NCBI GenBank assembly: GCA_043228905.1
Contig: JBHGNT010000005.1
Location: forward strand, 6,448,001-6,512,000
Source: Azolla caroliniana
Lineage: Eukaryota; Plantae; Polypodiophyta
Length of the DNA: 64,000 nucleotides
Direction of reading: 5' to 3'
The notes under the pieces were generated by a model. The model was not told where the DNA came from. It ran no database searches and worked only from the letters and a program-made list of their open reading frames with translations. Position numbers and translations under genes: made by a program. The number at the start of each line of letters is the position of its first letter. Position 1 is the first letter of the stretch. Below, piece after piece: positions 54,390 to 64,000 of this stretch.

Positions 54390-54696
54390 TAGAATCCAGT
54401 CTCTCTTCTTCGGTTCACATGCACAACAATAGTAGATAACAGTAAATCATGCGCAACAATAGTAAACAATATTAAATAATATACAATTCAAGGAGATGTT
54501 AGAATGAAACATAATATTAACTCCCAATACACAACATATACACATGCATCATAACAGTTCTAAATCAGGTAGGAAAACAAGAATAATAAGGACGACAAGA
54601 ACAACATGCACAAAAAAAAGGACAAGAACAAGTACAAGATCAAGATCATTTAACATGAACCCTCATTCAATATAGCAACATGTACAAAATTCAAGA

Positions 54697-55172
54697 ACCC
54701 TAAATGACAATAACACATAGAATCAAACATACAATAGAACATGTACCAAATGTCATTAGGGTTGGGGCTATACAAAATTCAAGCACCTATAGAAAATGAC
54801 ATAAGCAAGTTGACCGACTCTCAAATTCAAGCATATGCATGTATAAAGCTCGCAAATGATCAAGGGAGAACAACAACAACACCACCACCAACAACAAAAC
54901 CCTAAACGATAATAACAGACAGAATAAAAAATATAGATAAACATGTCCCAAACATCGTTATGGTTGCAGATGTACAAAATTCAAGCACCTATAGAAAATG
55001 ACATAAGCATGTACAAGACTCTCACATTCAAGCATATGCATTTACAAAGCACTCAAATGATCAAGGGAGAACAACAATAACACCAACAACACCAACAACA
55101 CCAACAAAACCCTAAATGACAAAAACAGATAGAATCAAACATACAGTAGAACATGTACCAAATGTCGTTATT
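54697..55172. repeat. ~200-bp tandem repeat x2.3 in the putative 5' intron of the cargo gene
   Basis: AACCCTAAA(T/C)GA...AACATGT(A/C)CCAAA...ACAAAATTCAAGCACCTATAGAAAATGACATAAGCA...CAAATGATCAAGGGAGAACAACAA is repeated. Confidence 0.85.
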
Positions 55173-55662
55173 GAAGTCTTTGAAGAGGGGACGCGTTTGA
55201 AACACGAGTTGCAAGCAAATGAACACACTAGGTAGAGGGAACACGACCAACAGAGCAAAGACCGATGCGAAGGGGACACGGTGAGCAGACCACACTTCAG
55301 AGAATGCCTGAGAGAGAGAACGCGGACAGTAGAGGAAAGCTCGATGTGACGAGGACACAATACAACACTTGAGAGAGAGAGGACGCGACGAGGACACAGT
55401 TGAACACCTGATGTCGATGCAACGAGGACACAATAGGAGACATGAGCATACTGTTGTTGCAAAGAGGACATGATGAGCAAGGAATGCTTGGAGTTTGTAG
55501 GGTGAGTAGAGAATGTGGAGAAACCTATGCAGAAGTTGGAAGAGAGAACGAGAGAGAGGGAGGGAGGGGGGTACAAATGTAGTGAATGTTATAATGAGTA
55601 GGAGGGGGAAGGAAAGAGTGAGAGAGAGAGAGGAGGTACGAACTTAGGGAATCACCGAGTGT

Positions 55663-55720
<58 letters not shown>

Positions 55721-56069
55721 ACGGACAGTTTGAGATAAACCTTCGAGCCAAGAGAGATAGAGAGACAGAGTGGAAGAGAGACAGATAGACTATCTTCATG
55801 ATTGACTAACTACTCGAGATCTTATATATAGTTAAGACCTCCTTACAACATTACCTAGGATTTTAACACAAGTGATGTTTTTTCATATTTGAAATCTATT
55901 TTCATTGAATGTGACTTTTAATCTTAACACAAGTGATCAACTTTTTAAACCCAAATATTGGATTTATTTTTACATTTTAAAGTTTTTCCTCCACATGGAA
56001 TTAGTGTAACTAAAATTTTGGCCAAAAGTTGCTACACCGTAGCGTGCTCTGACCCAGAGAGAAGACCTA

Positions 56070-56644
56070 GGAGTGCCAAGGAATTCTCGAATTGCGATCT
56101 CTCCATGCTGTTCGGGGTTATTCTAGGTTGGATGGTCATTGTATTGCGGTTAGAGAATTAACTTGTTTTTGCTTCCATTGTGTGTAGGGAAATTGGAGGT
56201 ATTGTTTAAACAGAGCATATATTAAGAATTGGGAGTACCATACATTGAATGATAAGGATTGAGCGGATGGAGAAACACAAAACAATGTTGACTTCACATA
56301 TCAGGGTCGTGGAGATACTCTGAGTGATGTCATAAACGTTGACTGATTTCTATATATTGAAGTGCACGGTTTGTAAACAATGTGCAACACAGAATATTGT
56401 AGATGCTTGGGGAGATTTTGTATCTGTCGGGACATTCTACATCGAAGGTATTTTTTATGCAAGACTAGATGATTACGATTATGTGTATATGCTTTTAGAA
56501 GACAAACTAGTAGCGTACATGTACTCTCATTTGGTCAGGTGCATCAACGTCCCGATGTCGCAATACAATAACTGCTCAGGTTTATACACAATTAGTGCTA
56601 ATGTGTATGAATGTATTTACAATAGTATGCCATGGAATTTGTAG
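56070..56644 (+). pseudogene. C-terminal part of the Sola2-like transposase, copy B
   Basis: 56070-56291 duplicates 53238-53459 (222 bp). It then continues DFYILKC...DAWG...IEGIFY...AYMYSHLV to TAG at 56642-56644. Confidence 0.75.
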
Positions 56645-56669
56645 CTACAAGGAGATCATACCGGTTTTC

Positions 56670-57715
56670 TTATAAAGTGGACAAAGTAGTTGTATTGCAA
56701 AAAAACCGTTTAATAAAATCATTTGGGAGACTGTCTTCTTTTTGATAATTGCTGGTAAATGGAACTTCTCTACATATGTGATCTGCATACCTAGCTCGGT
56801 ATGGTGTCCACAACCATGCAGTTAGTTGGCAGCTCAATGTTTTCACCAACTAGTTATCAAGCATTTCGTCAGGTACAATGAGACAGCATCTGCGAAGGTT
56901 GTAGTAATGCCAGAAATGTTTTGTATCCACAATCAACGTATTGTCGGCATTATATTCGGGCAAGGTATGCCAAAAATCAGAAAATCTTTCGAATCTTGCA
57001 ATATCATATTGTTCAAATCTTTCTAGTGTCCATTGACCTTTGAAGTGTTGTCACCACTTTGGGAAGAATCTTTCTACACACTTCCACACATTTGAATGTG
57101 TTTTTCCACTCCAAATAAATAAATCAAAGTATTGCACAACCCACTCTAGAAATTGATTCGCGTCCCTCCTTGGTGTCATATATCGCACACTCATTAGGAC
57201 TTTATCAAGCTCCAAGATCAAGGTTCTTCTTTCGTCTTCTAATGGTTTAAGTTTCCATTCCTGTAACTGAGCCTCTGTTACACCAAGTATTGGTAGCACA
57301 CGATCAATTTCAATCAACTCAGGTTCTGTCAACACAATTGGTGTCCTTTTCCTCTTCAAACCCTTGGTCGACTGTGGCTTTGGGTTTGACTTCACGTCGT
57401 TTTGCTCTTGTGTAGTCATTGGGCCTGTCTTCACACTGTTTTGTTCTTGTATAGTCGACTGTGTCATCGGTCTTGGCATTATCTCTGTGCATGTAGATAC
57501 TTCTCTGGTCGATATCAACCCACGGGTATCACATGCTGCATCTACCTGCAAAATCAGATCATCTATGCAACATGCTTGATCTACTTGCGTGACCAGATCA
57601 TTTGTGTCAGTTGCTACATCTACTTTCAAGATGGGCCCCTCTAAATACGCAACAACATCAACAATTTCCACACTACCATTAGCCTTAGGAGCAATGGATT
57701 CAAACCCTTTAGACT
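56670..57715 (-). pseudogene. Cargo exon encoding an FCP1/NIF (HAD-family CTD-phosphatase-like) domain with a degenerate catalytic motif
   Basis: One frame read through stops at 57051 and 56850: RRTLILELDKVL...PRRDANQFLEWVVQYFDLFIWSG...FSDFWHTLPEYNADNTLIVDTKHFWHYYN...CLIVP. This parallels the NIF consensus KxLVLDLDxTL / RP...FL....F.+.+W(S/T) / Y...NTLL+DD. Acceptor TGCAG| at 57715. Confidence 0.65.
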
Positions 57716-58019
57716 CTGCATATCAGAAAACACCAGCATATTCACACTCACATAGTAGCAAACAGTCTCACAAAACAACATAATGAACATGAAATATTCT
57801 ACAACAAAATAATAACATTATCTTAAAATCCATCATAGAGGTCCATTACATAATGTGGATCAAGCAACAACCAATCTGAGGTTTTACTCGTCCAAATAGA
57901 CCATAGACCATCTTCATAATTTTCTAGGAAAATAGCTAATAGTCATATCCCACTAATCAGTAATTGGTAATAATTAGGTCCAATTCAAGAGCCCCTTGAT
58001 CGAGTAATTGGTCTTGTCC

Positions 58020-58496
58020 CCGATCGTGGCCTCTTCTTCAACCTTTTTCTAGCCAGTTGCCCATTTAGCCTTGCTTCTTTCACTTTTCTAGCCGATTGCA
58101 CAAGTGTGTCCACCTTTCCATCACCTCAGCAACGACTTGCACGTCAGCAACGTCTTGCGCTAGCTTTTCAAGTATAGAGGGATCTGGTGAGACATCATCA
58201 TCTGTTGGGCTTGGTGGTGTTGAATCAAGGTTTTGGGATTCGAAGAAATGTTGCATCAAGTGTTCAAAAACGTTGTTGTTATGAACCTCATATTTACATG
58301 TTGTTTCCAATATTTCATGGCTTTTCACAATGTTGCCTAATTCAGTACAATCTTCCAAAAGAATAGGGTGCATCTGATTTGAAGGAGATGTGATAGCATG
58401 ACTCTTACTTTCAGCCACGTTGGCAACTATCTCCTCATCGGTTGCCAACGACATCGGCACTAGACACCTCATGCAACGTCCTTAATCCACGAGATT
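58020..58496 (-). pseudogene. Upstream exon of the minus-strand cargo gene
   Basis: ORF 58080..58472. Acceptor TTGTTTTAG| at ~58496 directly adjoins the palindrome array. Confidence 0.4.
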
Positions 58497-58509
58497 CTAA
58501 AACAACATG

Positions 58510-60005
58510 TTAGCTAATTAGCGGCTTCTCTTGTGTTTTTCTATGACCTTAGCTAAATAGTAAATACTTAACATGATAGCTAATTAACTACATCCTTGCT
58601 AATTAGCTATTCTTCCTAACTATGGTAGTAGCTAATTAGCTACCACTCTTGATACTGCTTAGTTAATTAGCTACTAAACTATATTGATAGTAGCTAATTA
58701 GCTATTCTACTTTAGTATGGTAGTAGCTAAATAGCTATTCTTCTTAGCTATGGCAATAACTAATTAGCTATCACTCTTGATAATGCTTAGCTAATTAGCT
58801 ACATCTTAGCTAAATAGCTATTCTTCTTTGCTATGGCAATAGCTAATTAGCTATCACTCTTGATACTGCTTAGGTAAATAACTATTCTTCTTAACTATGA
58901 CAGTAACTAATTAGCTATCACTCTTGATACTACTTAGCTAATTAGCTGCTAGACTATAGGTTGTCAGTAGCTAAATAGCTACCACTTAGCTAATTAGGTA
59001 TTCTACTTAAATATGGTTGTAGATAATTAGCTACATTGTAACTAATTAGCTACTACACTATAGGTTAGCAACAACTAATTAGCTACTACACTATAGGCTA
59101 GCAACAACTAATTAGCTACTACACTATAGGCTAGCAGAAGCTAATTAGCTATTCTACTTAAATATGGTAGTAGCACTACACTATAGGCTAGCATTAGCTA
59201 ATTAGCTACATCATAGCTAATTAGCTATTCTACTTAAATATGGTAGTAGCTAATTAGTGACGAGAAATATGCGGAATATTACTTGGCCACAACCGAGTCT
59301 CAGATCGTGTCGTTTCGAATCGAACACCGAGAATGGAAATAGAGGTGAATACACGTACACACAAATAATATGAGAGAGGGTACACAATATGTTAACGTGG
59401 AAAACCCTGAGAGGGAAAAAACCACGGGAGCCCACAAACTCCAAACTATCACTATGTAAGAGGAATACAACAGAGGAACACAGAGGCAACGACCTCGTGC
59501 TCACGATCTTTGCCTGACGACAGTTACAACAGAGACACACTTTGTATCTGTCTGTCTGTCTCTATTCCACTCTGTACAGTAGTTGCACCAACAACTATAT
59601 ACGATACTAATGACCAACAACAATAACACACTCTGTTTGCCCTAGGTCATATTTATACTAATATGACTTTAGGACTATTAACAGACATAGCCCCAATGGG
59701 CTCTCAGAAACATATTTCCATATATGTCCCTTCATCCGGTGAGAGGTTCTCACCAGGCCTGCATCATCCGGTTCTCACCGGGTCTTCCTTGCCGGGTACT
59801 CGTCATCCAGTTCTCATCGGGTCTTCCTTGCCGGGTAGTCGTCATCCCATCCGGAGGGACTGAAATCCTAACAATTAGCTACTACACTATATGCTAGCAA
59901 CATCTAATTAGCTATTCTACTTAAGTATGGTAGTAGCTAATTAGCTACTACACTAAAGGTTGGCATCTACTACACTACATTACTACCACTTAGCTAATTA
60001 GCTAC
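58510..60005. repeat. Second TAGCTAATTAGCTA palindrome array, interrupted by a solo LTR
   Basis: Many copies embedded in higher-order units (e.g. AACTAATTAGCTACTACACTATAGGCTAGC). Confidence 0.95.
59258..59873 (-). mobile_element. Solo LTR (616 bp) of the Tnt1-like copia family, TSD ATTAG
   Basis: Minus strand TGTTAGG...CTCGTCA, homologous to LTR 5658-6227. ATTAG at 59253-59257 and 59874-59878. Removing it restores an array unit. Confidence 0.9.
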
Positions 60006-60180
60006 ATCTTCTGCAACCTCGACTGCCATGAAACAGCTCGCCGTGCATAAGTCATTACATACCCGGACGTGGATCGGCTGGTATCCACATCAGCCGACAT
60101 ATCCGAGTCAGTATAACCTTCCAGTGTGGAGTTACCTGAACCGAAACGAAGACACACGTTCGAGGTGCCTTTTAGGTACC
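60006..60180 (-). mobile_element. RT/RNase H junction fragment of the Tnt1-like copia family
   Basis: Minus frame YLKGTSNVCLRFGSGNSTLEGYTDSDMSADVDTSRSTSGYVMTYARRAVSWQSRLQK, closely similar to 5114-5289. Confidence 0.9.
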
Positions 60181-63100
60181 TGTAAAGAATCGGGTATGAT
60201 TCTTGTGCAACGGAAGAGATATGTGTTATGTGTATGTGTGAGAGGAAATAGAGGAGAGAAGAGAAAACACAAGATAGATAGATAGGAACACAATGAAGTA
60301 TTCAAGAAGAATATGTATATTCACAAGTAGAATAAGAGATACAAAAATGTAGCATTACAAGGAGTCACAACCGACTTTTTATGAAGTATGAGAAGGGTGC
60401 TTTATATATAGCCACCCTCTCTCTTCATTAACTAACTACAACAACCACTCTCTCTTGGGGAATGTGAAGGCTCATAGTCATGGGGAATATGTAACTCATT
60501 AGTTATGTGTTATAGTTTATGATTCTATGACACATAGTTAATGTGTAGAGAGTAGTGGTGTGACTCTTGACATTTGAGTAATCATAGATTCTCAAAAGGT
60601 GTGTTCACATGTTGCACTATGTTGAGCTTGATTCTCAACACACCCCCTCAAGCTCAAATTGGGTCAGTTCCTTTCGATTGATGTCCACTTCGGCTGGTGT
60701 CTGGTTCAGACGATCTCCGGTGTCCGATCGTGAATCCAAGGTCTGACATAAATTGTCGAAGCTTGTGGGCTCCTAGGGCCTTGGTGAAGATGTCGGTTGT
60801 CTGAAGATTCACGTTGATGTGTAGAAGATCGACATCTTTGGCCTGAACACACTCTCGAATGAAGTGGTAGTACAATTCGATATGCTTTGTGCATGCGTGG
60901 AACACCGGGTTCCGAGCCAGATATATACTGCTCATGTTGTCATAGTAAATGGGAGTCGGATCCTTGATGGGAACACCCAGATCCTTCAAAATCCTCTTGA
61001 GCCATCCTCTCGATCGTCGATCAACTCCGTAGCCGGCCCAGTCGACATCCGTGTACCCTTCGAGTCAAATTGGTGTGGCTGATATGTAAAGGATGCTGTA
61101 ATCCATTGTGCCTCTCACGTATCGTAATACTTGCTTAGCGCAATCGAAATGGATATCTCGCGTAGTTTGCATGAATTGGTTAAGGAGACCGACCGGATAG
61201 TTGAGGTGGGGTCGCATGATCGTGAGATAGATGAGGCTCATGATCAGTTGTTGATATTGAGTCTTCTCGCACTCGTCTATGCCGGAGTCGGCATCTAGTT
61301 TGAGGTTTCGATCGAGAGGGGTTGACACAGATTTGCACTTTGTCATCCCGAACTTGTATAATAAGTTGAGAATCTAGTGCCGTTGAGAGATCATAATGCC
61401 GGTCGGAATCCGAATTACTTCGATGCCTAGGAAGTAATGAAGTTCCTTCATGTCCGTCATCACGAATTTGTTGGAGAGGAGGGATATCACCTTGTTGATT
61501 TCGATTAAACTTTCTCCTCCAATGACTAGATCATTCATGTATAGAATGATGACAATCGAGCTTCTAGAGTCGTTTCGTACGTAGAGGGAGTAGTCGGATT
61601 TCAACATTCGAAATCCGATTTGATGAAGATATTGCGTAATCTTCGAATGCTAAGCACGCGGTGCTTGCTTGAGGCTGTAGAGTGGCTTCTTGAGTTGGCA
61701 TGCGGCTTTCGGATGAGTATGTGATTCGAAGCCGGGTGGTTGTTCCATGTATACTTCCTCTTCTAATTCGCCTTGAAGAAAGGCGTTCTTGACGTCCATC
61801 TGGTGGAGGTGCCACCCATTCGTCACTACGAGTGTGATCATGGTCCACACAATCGTCATCTTTGCCACTGGGGAAATGTCTCTTCGTAGTCGACTCCATG
61901 TGTCTGTGTGTATCCTTTTGCTATGAGTCGCGCTTTGTAGAGGTTTATAGAGCCGTCAGTGTTATACTTCACCTTGTAGATCCATCTGCAGCCAATCACC
62001 TTCTTGTGCGGTGAGTGGGAGACAAGATCTCATGTCTTGTTCCTGGAGAGTGCTTGCATCTCCTCATTCATCGCTTCAACCCATCTGGGGTTCTTCGCGG
62101 CTTCGGAAAATGTTTCCGGCTCCCGTACTGTCGCTACCTTCATCATAAAGGCATAATGGTACGCCATATAATCGATGTAGCCGAATCAGCTTAAGGGGTT
62201 CTTTTCACGGGTGGATCAGCAGAGTTTCTCGTTTGCGGATACTAAGGGCCCTTTCCTCGCTCCATTTTTCTAGATGTCAAGGCCTTTGAACTCACTATCG
62301 AGGGAGTGAGTCGATTCGTTTCCGTCGAAGTGATCGTCTTCATACTTTGACATTTTCACCTTCCCTTTGTCTAGCTTCGGACTCGGCCGAGATGTGTTTT
62401 GATTGCTTGGAGGCTCTTGTGGCCCAATAAGCCTTGTTGTAATCGGGCTTTCTTCAAACATGCGCGTGAGCCAATCTCCGGCTTCTATCTCTATTTCGGC
62501 GGATTCCGGGTGGAGCGGAATCGGAGTTGAAGTTGTCTCTAGTGCGTACCAAGATGCGGAATCGTCAAAAACGACGTCTCGACTAACTCGAGATTTTTGA
62601 GTTGAGGGGTTATAGCACTTGTACCCCTTTTGCTCCAGTGAGTTTCCTACGAGGATACATTTCTCCGACTTTGGGTCGAGCTTTTGTCGCTTCTCGTCGG
62701 GGATGCGCACGTACACAATGGAGCCGAATATCCGAACATGTCATAGGTCCGGCCTTCTCGTGCAGAGTAAGTTCGTGCACACTTGATGTCGTACACCAAT
62801 TCATGAGGTATACGACCGTGTTAGCCGCTTTTGCCCACCGGTAGGTGCTTTTCGTTCATCATGGCCCGTGCTACTTCAAGGATGTGCCGATTCTTTCGTT
62901 CAACTGTACACCGTTTTGCTGAGGTGTGTGTTGGCACGAGAATTCTTGTTGGATTCCTTCTTTTCAGAGATACGCCGTAAATTCGTCGGAGAAGTACTGT
63001 TTTCCTTGATCCGACCGAAGACATTGTACATGTCGGCCTGTGACTTTCTCGACTTCATTTTTAAACTTTTGGAAGTGTCCGAACACTTCGCTCTTTTGCC

Positions 63101-64000
63101 ACATGGGGTAGAGCCCGGAGAAGTCGTGGATGAAGGCCATGTAATATCAGCATCCGCCGAATGTAGCCATCTAAGTCGGACCCCATACATCGGAATGAAT
63201 TACGTCAAGTACGCCTTTGCTCATGTTCCGCTCCTTCGGAAATGGGTGCCGATGTTGCTTGCCGAATTGGCAAGCGGTACACACCTGCAATCTCTTTCTC
63301 TGTGAATGTCGGGAGCCTGATGACGACTCCTTTTGATTGCATTGCCTTGAGCTTTTAGAGGTTGATATGGCCAATCCGCTTGTGTCATAACTCTATGTCG
63401 GAATCATCTTTCGTGCCCTTTGCGAACATGGACGATTTCATCTTGTGCGAGTCGAGAATGAACATTCGGCCCTCTTTTTTGATGAAGCAACCACCTTGAT
63501 TAAATCGTACCTGCATCCCTTGCTCAACAATTTGGTTGACGGAGACCAAATTCTTCGTAATGGTTGGTACATGCAAGACATTCTTAATAAAATTTTGGTT
63601 ACCTTCTTTGCTGAATGGGACATTGCCGATGTGTCGAATCGGATGTGTAGTGTCGTCTTCGGTTTCGACATAGCGGGGCCGGTCCGGCTCTCGAAGTTCT
63701 CGGAACCATTCTTGATGAGATGTCATATGGTTTGAGGCACTGGAGTCGACGAACCATACGTCTTCCGGACTAGATGCACTATTCGAAGTAGAAGCTGACA
63801 TAGAATTTTCTCTATGTCTCATCACGAATATTCCTCCATGATCATCATAGTCGGAGTTGGTGGCGTAATTGGTGTGTTGTTGGCTTGTGGAAGCCGACTC
63901 GCGCATCTTCTTACGACACTCTTCTTTGTGGTGATCGATTTTTCTGCAATATCCGCATTCGACCGAGTTTTGTTGACTTGGACCAGAATGGAAGCTTCCC
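60181..64000 (-). mobile_element. Ty1/copia LTR retrotransposon (different family), decayed gag-pol with 3' LTR 60181-60640; runs off the right edge
   Basis: Motifs: CGYCRKIDHHKEEC, WFVDSSASNHMT, CTACQFGKQHR, IHSDVWGP, ERKNRHILEVARAM, HQMDVKNAFL, LKQAPRA, TKHIELYYHFIRE. PPT GAGGGGG at 60643-60649. LTR TGTTGAG...CTTTACA. Many frameshifts and an internal RNase H deletion near 61010. Confidence 0.95.

Larger units (their letters stand above)
49115..60005 (+). mobile_element. Large decayed and rearranged Sola2-like DNA transposon complex (two partial copies, cargo ORFs, palindrome arrays); termini not resolved
   Basis: Transposase motifs at 50601-53459 and 56070-56644, shared TAGCTAATTAGCTA arrays, and minus-strand cargo ORFs. 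Boundaries are approximate. Confidence 0.65.

Overview
Eukaryotic land-plant nuclear DNA, probably a fern or other non-seed plant (inferred from the TE types and microsatellite-rich gene flanks). It is AT-rich and TE-dominated, with a 100-N gap at 14851-14950. There are three spliced host genes on +: an FBW2-like F-box/LRR gene whose N-terminus falls in the gap, a 77-aa At2g23090-like SERF/4F5-zinc-finger gene, and a 525-aa NAM/CUC-type NAC transcription factor. The left end is a four-layer retroelement nest: a tRNA-Trp-primed Ty3/gypsy inside a Tnt1/Tork-like copia, inside a second copia, inside a LINE. The middle has two LINE 3' ends with TSDs in inverted orientation. The right end has a solo LTR with TSD and a decayed copia. 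The most striking structure is at ~49.1-60.0 kb: a decayed, rearranged Sola2-like DDD DNA transposon. Opposite its transposase it carries cargo coding sequence (an FCP1/NIF HAD-phosphatase-like domain with a degenerate active site, plus a coiled-coil ORF), and its introns are packed with the palindrome TAGCTAATTAGCTA. All family assignments come from motif recognition by eye, not from database searches.
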